Positions 39,694 to 47,990 of a stretch of DNA of 64,000 nucleotides are shown piece by piece. The notes below the pieces were generated by a model that had not been told where the DNA came from, did not search any database, and worked only from the letters and a program-made list of their open reading frames with translations. The DNA comes from an uncultured Candidatus Saccharibacteria bacterium (GTDB lineage: Bacteria; Patescibacteriota; Dojkabacteria; J137). Made by a program: the position numbers and the translations under genes. Position 1 is the stretch's first letter; each line of letters starts with the position of its first letter. The stretch is from NCBI GenBank assembly GCA_964607415.1, contig CAZSKK010000001.1, positions 260,190 to 324,189 on the forward strand. The letters are read 5' to 3'.

Positions 39694-39830
39694 CAGCCTC
39701 GCCCCTTTCGCATTCACGAAGACCCTCTCCTGAGACAACATATTATGCTGTAGAATGGAGCTAATAAAATCTCAATAGGCTAATATCCTGTCCTCGGGGT
39801 GGCGAGCAAAGTGAGCCGGGTGATGCTGTG

Positions 39831-40589
39831 TTACTCCACCAACAGCAGCAAATACATTGCTCCAATTCCTAAACAAAAAGCTGTAATTTCCAACGCATAT
39901 TTAAATATGCCTGATTTTTTGTGGATTTCTGGAAGTAAATCAGCCAAAGCGATGTAAATAAATTGGCCTACAACTAAGGGTACTAAATATTTTTCGGAGT
40001 TCTCAGTTACAGAACTTATTGCAACGCCTATAATCGCACCCAAAACCGCTGTTAATGCTGTCAACACATTCACAATTAATATTTTTCTTCTCCTCAGCCC
40101 TGCATATTTTAATACCCCAGCGTCTGCAAGTTCTTGTGGGATTTCGTGTAGACTTACAGCAATCGTAGTTGCTATTCCTGTTGCAGGTGCTACTGCAAAG
40201 CTTGCAGCAATTGCAAGACCATCTAAAAAATTGTGAAAAGCATCTCCTATTAAATTTACCCTAACCAACACGCTTTTATTCTTGTGCTCATGTGGGTGAT
40301 CAATTTCTTCTCTGGAATCATGGCTACAATGGAAATAGGCTTCAATTAAAAGCATTAGTATGACTCCTGTAAATATCAAAAGTGTTGTTTGATTTTCGTA
40401 ACCAAATTGTTCGATGTGCTCACCAAGTAGATGAATTAGAGCATCAGCTAAAAGACTTCCAGCTGCAAATGCAACAATCGCAGTTATAATTTTGTCCCCG
40501 GATTTTATATTTTTTAAAAGTACAAGAAGTCCTAGGAATGAAATTGAGCTTACAATTAAGGTTGCAATTAATGAGTAGATTAGTTCCAT
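39831..40589 (-). CDS. ZIP-family divalent metal transporter (ZupT-like)
   Basis: HNFLDGLAIAASF and HEIPQELADAGVL signature helices; 8 TM. Confidence 0.8.
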   Translation of the reverse strand: MELIYSLIATLIVSSISFLGLLVLLKNIKSGDKIITAIVAFAAGSLLADALIHLLGEHIEQFGYENQTTLLIFTGVILMLLIEAYFHCSHDSREEIDHPHEHKNKSVLVRVNLIGDAFHNFLDGLAIAASFAVAPATGIATTIAVSLHEIPQELADAGVLKYAGLRRRKILIVNVLTALTAVLGAIIGVAISSVTENSEKYLVPLVVGQFIYIALADLLPEIHKKSGIFKYALEITAFCLGIGAMYLLLLVE

Positions 40590-40627
40590 ATTTATTATAG
40601 TTTAGAATTAAGATGAATGATTCAAGA

Positions 40628-40694
40628 ATAACCCCTCCGGCTCTCCGAGCCACCTCCCCTTTGATTAAAGGGGAGGAATTAAAGGAGGGGTTGT
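40628..40694. repeat. GC-rich structured intergenic element R3 (ATAACCCCTCC...GGAGGGGTTGT)
   Basis: Inner hairpins GGCTC-TCC-GAGCC and CCTCCCCTTT-GATT-AAAGGGGAGG. Linker AATTAAA is identical to R1. It overlaps the last ~10 codons of the inositol-monophosphatase-like gene. Confidence 0.7.
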
Positions 40695-41459
40695 ATCTAA
40701 TATCATTCTACCAATCTTGTCAACTACTCCAGAGTTCCCAACTGCCAATATATTCATACTTTCATTTAATTTTAATGTTTCAACTTTGCACCCTGCCTTT
40801 TCGGCAATAAAGCTTCCTGCCCCAAAATCTACCAAGTTTTTTAAGTCTGAGTTATCATAAAATTTTACAAAAACTCCAGGGAATCCTAAAGATATCCAGC
40901 AAAGTGTAAGTGAATCTATACCAAAAATCCTAATTCGCATAGATTCCTCAGCAATTTTATTAATTAATTCCCCAGAATTTTTATAACTTCTTAAATCTAA
41001 AAATACTTGTGTCTGATCTAACTGATCTATTTTAGTACCATTTATTTGTTTGTTATTTAAAAAGCTTCCAGCAGAGTCGGCAAAAAACAACTCTTTTGTT
41101 GTGGGTGAATAAACAATCCCAAGAATAGTTTCATTATTATGTCTTAATGCTAAGGAAACTCCCCATAAACTCACTCCTCTTGCGTAATATTTTGTTCCAT
41201 CAATCGGATCTAAATACCAAACATATTCTTTATTATTTCTTAACAAATCAAATTCCTCTCCATAAAATCCTATTTCTGGAAAAGTTTTATTTAAAAACTT
41301 GTAAAAGCTTCTTTCTAGCTCTTTATCGATTTTTGTAACGACATCAAAATTCTCTCCTTTATATTCAAGTCCTATGTCATTTTGCAAAGCTTTAAGTGCA
41401 TAATCGCCTTGTTGAACAACAAATCTTTTCAATAGGTTGACCTGGGGTTTTGTTAACAT
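40665..41459 (-). CDS. Inositol monophosphatase family protein (SuhB/CysQ-like)
   Basis: WYLDPIDGTKYYARG (DPIDGT) metal-binding motif; the C-terminal PPLIPPL residues are encoded by repeat R3. Confidence 0.75.
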   Translation of the reverse strand: MLTKPQVNLLKRFVVQQGDYALKALQNDIGLEYKGENFDVVTKIDKELERSFYKFLNKTFPEIGFYGEEFDLLRNNKEYVWYLDPIDGTKYYARGVSLWGVSLALRHNNETILGIVYSPTTKELFFADSAGSFLNNKQINGTKIDQLDQTQVFLDLRSYKNSGELINKIAEESMRIRIFGIDSLTLCWISLGFPGVFVKFYDNSDLKNLVDFGAGSFIAEKAGCKVETLKLNESMNILAVGNSGVVDKIGRMILDTTPPLIPPL

Positions 41460-41515
41460 GAAAGTTTAAGGTAAAATGTGGTGCGTAAAAATTTTAACAT
41501 TTTTTAATTGAATGT

Positions 41516-42829
41516 ATGAATAAAGCTATTACTTTTTTTGTGGCAGGTGGAAAAGGTACCCAGCCTTTTATGGATTTATATTTAAAAAGTAAATATGATT
41601 GCCACATTGTTATAAATACAGTTGATTGGGGTGGGCATAGTGGTGTAATTGGAAGAATATTAGAAAGGCTTAATCTAAAATTTCTTCCTACAGGTGATTT
41701 AAGGAACAATATAGCAAACATACTTTTGCTTAATGGCAAAGAAGAAATAGCAAATATGCTGCAAAAACGTGTTGAAACTTTAACTGATGCACAGGTTGAA
41801 GTTAGAAAACTATGTGAAGTTAGAAAGGTTGATGATAATTTAACCTTGGGAGTTTTTGAATTTTTCAATATATACAAAAAGGGACTTGAAGAAAGCATAA
41901 AGCATGGTGAAATAGGAGAAATTGAAGGCATAAAACATAATATTGGAAACCTTTTTTTTGTAGGCATTGCCTATGCTCTTAAAAATGAAGATAGAAAATT
42001 TGGAGGGTTTAGTGCTTTGCTCTCTAAAATTAAAGAAATGGAATTAATTCCAAAAAATATTTTCTTTCATTACCTTTTTGATACACGCCTAACACTTTCA
42101 TTTCGAACTAAAGATGGGGTTATTTACTACGGTGAAGACGTCTATGATCACATCAATTCCCAGGTTGAACTTTCCACATTAAATTATATTGATCCTGAAA
42201 CAAAAATTAAGTTCTTTGATTTGAATAAACATATAATCAAACTAATTGAGGAATCTGATTTAATAATTTTCCCAACTGGGTCAGAAAGCAATTGTTATCC
42301 TGCAATAAAGATGTATGCAAAATACCTAAAGTCTAAACAAATTATAAAATTTGTAAATATTTTAGCTTTGCCCAATTCTGAAGGAATTGGTGCAGAAATG
42401 GTTTATCTTTACGGACTTGGATTAAAGCCTAAATTTCTGTTTCCAAAACCAATGGATGTTATTATAAAAGATTTAGATCCAAATACTACAAATATTTTCT
42501 TTAGAGACTTGGGAATTTACACTGCTGTCGAAGAAAAAAGACCACAATTTTATAAAGAAGCAAGAATAAAGGACAGACTCTACGATATGGCGAAGATTAA
42601 GTTATATAAGTTTCACCAAGGCCAGCAAACAGAATTGGATAATATCGTAAAAGATATTATTAAAAACATTGAACCAGTAATGGATGTTCTGGCATTCAAC
42701 AGTAACAACAAATCTACCATTGCAAATTCAATAAAAAACAAAGGTAAATATGACGTAGCTTTATTGGACAAAGGACTAAGACATGATAGAAACCAAGTAA
42801 GCAAGATTGTAGAAGATTCTTTAAAATGA
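41516..42829 (+). CDS. CofD/YvcK (UPF0052) superfamily protein, distant
   Basis: FFVAGGKGTQPFMDLYLKSK (GGTGT-like) and VDWGGHSGVIGRI (DDGGSSGRLR-like) motifs. Confidence 0.45.
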   Translation: MNKAITFFVAGGKGTQPFMDLYLKSKYDCHIVINTVDWGGHSGVIGRILERLNLKFLPTGDLRNNIANILLLNGKEEIANMLQKRVETLTDAQVEVRKLCEVRKVDDNLTLGVFEFFNIYKKGLEESIKHGEIGEIEGIKHNIGNLFFVGIAYALKNEDRKFGGFSALLSKIKEMELIPKNIFFHYLFDTRLTLSFRTKDGVIYYGEDVYDHINSQVELSTLNYIDPETKIKFFDLNKHIIKLIEESDLIIFPTGSESNCYPAIKMYAKYLKSKQIIKFVNILALPNSEGIGAEMVYLYGLGLKPKFLFPKPMDVIIKDLDPNTTNIFFRDLGIYTAVEEKRPQFYKEARIKDRLYDMAKIKLYKFHQGQQTELDNIVKDIIKNIEPVMDVLAFNSNNKSTIANSIKNKGKYDVALLDKGLRHDRNQVSKIVEDSLK

Positions 42830-43082
42830 CAACAGGTTAACCGTTGCAGCAAAAAATTTCCCTTGTTTTTTTCTGAAAAATATTTTATTCTTTGATATAT
42901 CAACTACATAAATAAACACCCTTTTATTTGTTAATATTTTCAACATCAAATCAAGCCTAATCGATTACAAACACCAAAACCCACCTTTTATAGTTATTTT
43001 CTCTGAACTAAGGCAAGAACCTGATTTAATCAAATTTACCCGTGAAGTTACCGAAAAGGTTATAGAAATTGATCAAAATTTA

Positions 43083-43502
43083 ATGCCAAATGAACAAGCG
43101 CCTTTAATTGTTAATGTTGTTGATTTTAGAAAGCTAAATATAAATCAGTCACTAATTAATAGCATTTTTGATTTGCAAAGTTCTCTGGCAGAAAATGAGC
43201 AACTTGTTAATGATTTTAAAACTTTATTTAGGTATAAAGGTGGATATTTAACTTATATTTTGCTAGATGTGACTTTGGAAGATTTAAAAGATAGCCTTGA
43301 TGCTAAACCTGCCAATCCTAAGTATCAACTTATTCTTGCGATATATGGAATACTTTCCAGTGCAAGAATTGGAGGCGGTTTTGCTAAGGAGTTTGATACA
43401 GGCGCCGACAGTGTTATAGAACAATTAAAGAAGCACCCACTTTATAGAATGAGGGATAAAAGAGCAATACTTACTAAAGGTAAAAAGAAGAATTTAATTT
43501 AA
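43083..43502 (+). CDS. Hypothetical protein, paralog A of a tandem pair; true start probably upstream near 43014
   Basis: Shares PLIVNVVDF, KGGYLTYIL, IGGGFAKEF, HPLYRMR motifs with 43885..44367. In-frame upstream codons also match the paralog N-terminus but lack an ATG. Confidence 0.5.
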   Translation: MPNEQAPLIVNVVDFRKLNINQSLINSIFDLQSSLAENEQLVNDFKTLFRYKGGYLTYILLDVTLEDLKDSLDAKPANPKYQLILAIYGILSSARIGGGFAKEFDTGADSVIEQLKKHPLYRMRDKRAILTKGKKKNLI

Positions 43503-43516
43503 ATTAAATTTAAAAT

Positions 43517-43762
43517 ATGCAAAAACCAGATGATGCGACAATGCTTAGGCTTAAAAATTTAGCTTACGTAGGAAATGCAGTTTTTAAAAACGCTAGTGAT
43601 GTTACTGGTCAGAATGATTTTTTCCTAGCAATGCAGGCTTTGCTTGATTTTGAAAAGGGAATTAATGATTTAGAGCTTGATTTTGAAACTGCTGAAGGTA
43701 TGAAAAATCTTATAAAGTACTTGAAAATTAAAATTGAAAGAAGAATGAAGGAACGACTTTAA
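43517..43762 (+). CDS. Hypothetical small protein between the tandem paralogs
   Basis: 81-aa ORF, same strand, tight spacing. Confidence 0.35.
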   Translation: MQKPDDATMLRLKNLAYVGNAVFKNASDVTGQNDFFLAMQALLDFEKGINDLELDFETAEGMKNLIKYLKIKIERRMKERL

Positions 43763-43884
43763 GAAGTTTAAAAAGAATCTCCAAACTTAAAACTGATTAC
43801 AGTACATATTAAACATAGTTTATAGCAACAAAAGTTATTGACTACAAAGATGCGTATCTATCACTAAAACTTGTACAAGTTTCA

Positions 43885-44367
43885 ATGTCACCAGGCATTG
43901 ATTTTATAGAAGTGGCTCGCATAGTCGATAAAATCCTTTCCAAACTTGACTTTACTTTAAGTTCTAACGAACTTCCACTTGTAGTTTGTGTTGCAGACTT
44001 TAGAAATATAAAGGTTAATCAAAGTTTAATAAATCAAATTGTCCGATTGACTGAATCATTAACAATTGAAGATGATGATATAGCTAATTTAGAATATATG
44101 AGCAAGTATAAAGGAGGCTTTTTAGCATATGTTATTGCCGATGACAGCCTTGAGGATTTGAAACTGAAAGCACATTCTAATCAGAATGATTTAAAATACC
44201 AGTTTTTATTAAAAGTATTCGATCTTCTTTCTGCAATGAAAGTAGGTGGTGGTTTTGCAAAAGATCTGCTCGAAGTAAAGTCTTTATTAAAAAATCATCC
44301 TCTTTATAAACTTAGAAACAACGAGACTACTTTAGCAGCAAATCCTCAGTCAAAGCTAAAATACTGA
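43885..44367 (+). CDS. Hypothetical protein, paralog B of the tandem pair
   Basis: PLVVCVADF, KGGFLAYVI, VGGGFAKDL, HPLYKLR conserved with paralog A. Confidence 0.5.
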   Translation: MSPGIDFIEVARIVDKILSKLDFTLSSNELPLVVCVADFRNIKVNQSLINQIVRLTESLTIEDDDIANLEYMSKYKGGFLAYVIADDSLEDLKLKAHSNQNDLKYQFLLKVFDLLSAMKVGGGFAKDLLEVKSLLKNHPLYKLRNNETTLAANPQSKLKY

Positions 44368-44664
44368 GTTCTTAATGCAGACTTCAAATGCACCACCTTG
44401 CCCTGTAAAGTATCCAGCTTGTTTAAATTCCTCAACAAATTTATTTTGTTTAAGTAGTTTTTGAACTAATGGTTTTACAATTCGCCCTTTCCCTGTGATT
44501 ACAAGAACTTTGGAAAAGCCAAAGTTGTATGAATCTTCCAAAAAATCAAAAAGAAGCTTTTCTATATCAAAATGTGTTAGCTCTCCAAACTCGTGATAAT
44601 CAAGTTTATCCTGAAACTGCAGGTTTTCTAGTTCAAATTGAGTCTTACTCTTAGTCTTCATCAT
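44356..44664 (-). CDS. Smr (small MutS-related) domain protein
   Basis: KVLVITGKGRIVKPLVQKLLK matches the Smr domain; start moved to MMKTKS to avoid overlap. Confidence 0.55.
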   Translation of the reverse strand: MMKTKSKTQFELENLQFQDKLDYHEFGELTHFDIEKLLFDFLEDSYNFGFSKVLVITGKGRIVKPLVQKLLKQNKFVEEFKQAGYFTGQGGAFEVCIKNSVF

Positions 44665-45223
44665 AAAGTGTATTTGGCTCGCCCACATATTTATCGGTGT
44701 TGGCCAGCTCATCTATTTTATCAGCAAGATCTACAAGCTCTTGAGGTACTGTGTCCTCTAAACCATAAAGTTTAATTGATTTAAATTCGTCATCTAGCCG
44801 TAACGAAATAGTTGTAGAAGGCAAATCAGTTATATAAGGATCAACATATTCATCATCAAGATCAAAAAAATCAACGTCTTCAAACTCGCGAATTATTTTT
44901 GTTACATTGGCTTCAGGTATTGAATAGCTTTCGTTTTTTCCAGGGCTTTGCACAAAATTTCTACCTTCAAAGATTACTTCACCCGCTTCTGTTATAGTAA
45001 CAGTGTAATCCGGACAGAAACCAAAACACGCTTGTCTATCTAGTGTTATTTCAGCCTTGTCGTAATTAGAATATTCAGAATTATCTCCAACGGAAAAATT
45101 TATGTCTGAATCAAAATCTGAATTAAATAACATCGTTGCAGCAAGAACGCAGCAACTTATAATGCAACAAAGAACAATAAAAACTACAACAAAAAATGCT
45201 AATCCTTTTGAATTTTTTTCCAT
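44651..45223 (-). CDS. Hypothetical secreted/membrane-anchored protein
   Basis: N-terminal hydrophobic anchor LAFFVVVFIVLCCIISCCVLAA. Confidence 0.4.
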   Translation of the reverse strand: MEKNSKGLAFFVVVFIVLCCIISCCVLAATMLFNSDFDSDINFSVGDNSEYSNYDKAEITLDRQACFGFCPDYTVTITEAGEVIFEGRNFVQSPGKNESYSIPEANVTKIIREFEDVDFFDLDDEYVDPYITDLPSTTISLRLDDEFKSIKLYGLEDTVPQELVDLADKIDELANTDKYVGEPNTLYDED

Positions 45224-45251
45224 AATTTCTTGTTAATGGTTAATAGTTAAT

Positions 45252-45294
45252 AGCTGATAGCTGATAGCTGATAGCTGAATTAAGCATAGCTGAT
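45252..45294. repeat. Tandem AGCTGAT heptamers (three perfect plus imperfect copies; TTAATAG units just upstream)
   Basis: AGCTGATAGCTGATAGCTGATAGCTGAA...AGCTGAT, in a divergent intergenic region. Confidence 0.8.
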
Positions 45295-45335
45295 AAACAC
45301 TCAGTTTTCAACTTGCCCCATGCTATAATTCATTT

Positions 45336-45986
45336 ATGTCGATCCCTAAACATCTTAATTTAAAAAATATATATAGGCTTTACATAATAATAACTTTCGT
45401 ACTAATGTTTATTTTGTCTATAGTTGTAAGTACTATACGAGTTGATGCGTTACTATCCTCAAGTAATAATGCCGTAACTAATTATCCACAAATAGTTTTA
45501 AGAGCTTCTGAATTTAAAACTCAAAAGCAAATTAAACAGATAAACATAACTAATTATAAAAGTTGTGACGGCAATTGGATTGATAGTGAAAAGACCGGCA
45601 GAGTGAACCTAGAAGTAACTTCTTTAAATCAGTGGGCAACAAATTCAAATCCTACAATTATTTCGGAGAGCATCCAAAATCAAAATAAGGTAATTATTGG
45701 ACATAACTATTGTCTTAATGGCAGTTGCAATTCACCCGGAACTGAGTTTTCCAGAATCATTAATCTTTCCGAAGGTGAACCTGTAAAGGTCTGCATTAAC
45801 CAAAATGAGTTTAACGGAAAAGTCTATGTGGCAAAATCTTTTTCAGAATATGATACTTACATTATGAGCGATTGGCTTAAACAGCCGAGCGTAACATTGT
45901 TTACTTCTTATGGTAATTGTAAGGATGCAGCATGCTCAGCAAGTGATAGAAGGTGGGTGATAGGAGCGGTTGAGGCGAAGAGGTAG
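45336..45986 (+). CDS. Hypothetical secreted/membrane-anchored Cys-containing protein
   Basis: N-terminal TM; no motifs. Confidence 0.4.
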   Translation: MSIPKHLNLKNIYRLYIIITFVLMFILSIVVSTIRVDALLSSSNNAVTNYPQIVLRASEFKTQKQIKQINITNYKSCDGNWIDSEKTGRVNLEVTSLNQWATNSNPTIISESIQNQNKVIIGHNYCLNGSCNSPGTEFSRIINLSEGEPVKVCINQNEFNGKVYVAKSFSEYDTYIMSDWLKQPSVTLFTSYGNCKDAACSASDRRWVIGAVEAKR

Positions 45987-46017
45987 ATAGATTATAAAAA
46001 ACCTTCATTCTAGATCC

Positions 46018-46048
46018 TGTGTCATTCCGAGGGAAATCGAGGAATACA
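46018..46048 (+). repeat. Copy A of the 28-bp repeat, left inverted repeat flanking the GIY-YIG gene
   Basis: TGTGTCATTCCGAGGGAAATCGAGGAATAC. Confidence 0.75.
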
Positions 46049-46103
46049 CTGGAAAATTTGTATTTGAGTACAATGTTAATTCTAAATATTGAGCATATAA
46101 TTA

Positions 46104-46415
46104 ATGATGCGAGAATATAAATTTTTTGTATACATACTTTTATGTGCAGATAATACCTACTATATAGGCGTAACTAATAATTTAGATAGAAGAATTAGCG
46201 AGCATAACTCTGGTGAAGTTGAAGGTTTTACAAGTTCAAGACTTCCGGTTCACTTACTTAAGTCATTCGGATTTAATGATATACGTTTAGCTATTGCATT
46301 TGAAAAACAAATTAAGAACTGGAGCAGAAAAAAGAAAGAAGCGTTAATTAATGAAGAATGGAATATTATCAGTAAGTTAGCAAAAAGGAGAACACCTAAT
46401 AAGCCACGTTCTTAG
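46104..46415 (+). CDS. GIY-YIG nuclease family protein (small, YhbQ/UPF0213-like)
   Basis: FFVYILLCADNTYYIGVTNNLDRRISEHN is a GIY-YIG core. Confidence 0.75.
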   Translation: MMREYKFFVYILLCADNTYYIGVTNNLDRRISEHNSGEVEGFTSSRLPVHLLKSFGFNDIRLAIAFEKQIKNWSRKKKEALINEEWNIISKLAKRRTPNKPRS

Positions 46416-46419
46416 TATG

Positions 46420-46448
46420 TCTCCCTCGATTTCCCTCGGGATGACATA
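46420..46448 (-). repeat. Copy B of the 28-bp repeat, right inverted repeat flanking the GIY-YIG gene
   Basis: Reverse complement TATGTCATCCCGAGGGAAATCGAGGGAGA, about 24/28 identical to copy A. Confidence 0.75.
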
Positions 46449-46618
46449 ATCTACTTAATCTTCAGCGTTAGACGCTTGATATGCATAGTGATCTAGTTCC
46501 AAGTTTGAAACGTCAATTTTTAAATCTTTTAGAATTGTAAGTTGATTGTTTATGGAAGTTTCTAGTTGTGTCATGTAGATATTTTACAATAAACTAAACG
46601 CAAGTGATGAGTTATTAT

Positions 46619-47251
46619 CTAGATTAATTCAACCTTATTATCATGAACAAATAACCCTTGTTCGTCGGTTATTGTATAAGTTCTTATCCCCTTCGCCTCA
46701 AATAGATCCTTTATATTTCGTAGCCCCGCTTGAAATTCTTCGTTTTTCCAATGTGGAATTGGAGCAAAGTCTATAACGCCTAAACCTTCATCTACTTTCT
46801 CTGGTGCCCTTTCAGGATGGTCTAACTCTTTATATGTATCAATTTCTTTATATGCAAAAATAGCTCCAGCAGATTCACCTCCGTACACAATCTTATCTTC
46901 AGCAATCAAATCTTTAATAATTTCACGACTGTTAGTTTTTTCCATCCAATAAGAGAGAATATAAGCGGTCCCACCGCTAACAAAAATAAAATCATAGTTA
47001 CCTAAAAATTCCTTAAAGTTAAAGTTTGGATCAATTCTGTATGCTCTTTCAAAGTCAAATTCTTGAAAATTAGGAAAGATTTTTTGCCACTTCTTTTCGC
47101 CTTCAATCATCCATGAAGATTTATAGGGCTTATAGTTACCAGGAGTATTGATGTACAAAAATTTTACTTCTTCTAACGGTTTATTAATGAAAGTCTTAAG
47201 TTTTTCTATATGTTTTGAACTTAGGTTTTGAGAAAAGAGGGCTAATTTCAT
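46619..47251 (-). CDS. Peptidase S51 (PepE/cyanophycinase-like) family protein
   Basis: FIFVSGGTAYILSYWM...VYGGESAGAIFAYKE matches the S51 Ser-nucleophile region. Confidence 0.45.
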   Translation of the reverse strand: MKLALFSQNLSSKHIEKLKTFINKPLEEVKFLYINTPGNYKPYKSSWMIEGEKKWQKIFPNFQEFDFERAYRIDPNFNFKEFLGNYDFIFVSGGTAYILSYWMEKTNSREIIKDLIAEDKIVYGGESAGAIFAYKEIDTYKELDHPERAPEKVDEGLGVIDFAPIPHWKNEEFQAGLRNIKDLFEAKGIRTYTITDEQGLFVHDNKVELI

Positions 47252-47296
47252 AAAGTCATTTTACAATAAAAATATGCGTCACTCGAAGAGATTCTT

Positions 47297-47328
47297 GTGT
47301 CATTCCGAGGGAAATCGAGGAATAGACA
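47297..47328 (+). repeat. Copy C of the 28-bp repeat
   Basis: TGTGTCATTCCGAGGGAAATCGAGGAATAGACA between the S51 and MBL genes. Confidence 0.75.
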
Positions 47329-47335
47329 TTAGTAA

Positions 47336-47980
47336 TTAATCTTCAACATTAAAACTCTGACCATCAAACAATTCAATAAACTGAATGTTTTGTTTTTCTA
47401 AAACCAATTTAGGAACCACAAAAGATGTGCCTCCTTGTGCTTTTAAAACTGCATCGTGAACGGGAAATGCTTTTTTAGGATTAACTTGTAGAGCATAATC
47501 TATTGCGTCAGATATCTTTACCCATGGACCTGCAACTGGCAGCGCCAACAAGTCTACCTGTTTTTCTGGAATTGTAAAAGCATCTCCAGGATAAAAAAGT
47601 TTATTATCAATAAAAAATCCTATGTTTGTAGATTGAGGAATTGTTGAATGAATTTGAGCGTGGAGTTCACCATAAGCTTCAATTGATACGTTACTAAAAG
47701 TTTTAGAATCACCATTTTTAAAAACTGTTGCTTGAATGTTTTCAACTTTAAGAAGATCCGAAACTACTTGTGTTGTATAAACAACGGCATTTGGATTATT
47801 TTTAAGAACAATTTTTAAAGATTCAATGTGCAAATGGTCAGAGTGTTCGTGAGTAATTAGGACTAGATCAATGTTTTCTAAGGCATTTTGAGCATCAGAA
47901 TAAATTCCAGGGTCAGTTAAAATCCGAAGCCCTTTGACTTCGATTAATAAACAGCAGTGAGAGAGTTTGGTTATGGTCAT
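47336..47980 (-). CDS. MBL-fold metallo-hydrolase
   Basis: LVLITHEHSDHLH (HxHxDH). Confidence 0.65.
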   Translation of the reverse strand: MTITKLSHCCLLIEVKGLRILTDPGIYSDAQNALENIDLVLITHEHSDHLHIESLKIVLKNNPNAVVYTTQVVSDLLKVENIQATVFKNGDSKTFSNVSIEAYGELHAQIHSTIPQSTNIGFFIDNKLFYPGDAFTIPEKQVDLLALPVAGPWVKISDAIDYALQVNPKKAFPVHDAVLKAQGGTSFVVPKLVLEKQNIQFIELFDGQSFNVED

Positions 47981-47990
47981 TAATTTGATC

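Noticed and set aside
39655-39741. N-terminal extension of uvrA ([29 protein letters not shown]) in the ORF track
   Set aside because: It lies upstream of the predicted TGnTATAAT promoter and has no counterpart in UvrA proteins; the conserved N-terminus begins at [10 protein letters not shown].
46455-46574. 39-aa minus-strand ORF (MTQLETSINNQLTILKDLKIDVSNLELDHYAYQASNAED) between repeat copy B and the S51 peptidase gene
   Set aside because: Too short and featureless to support; it could be real but there is no evidence.
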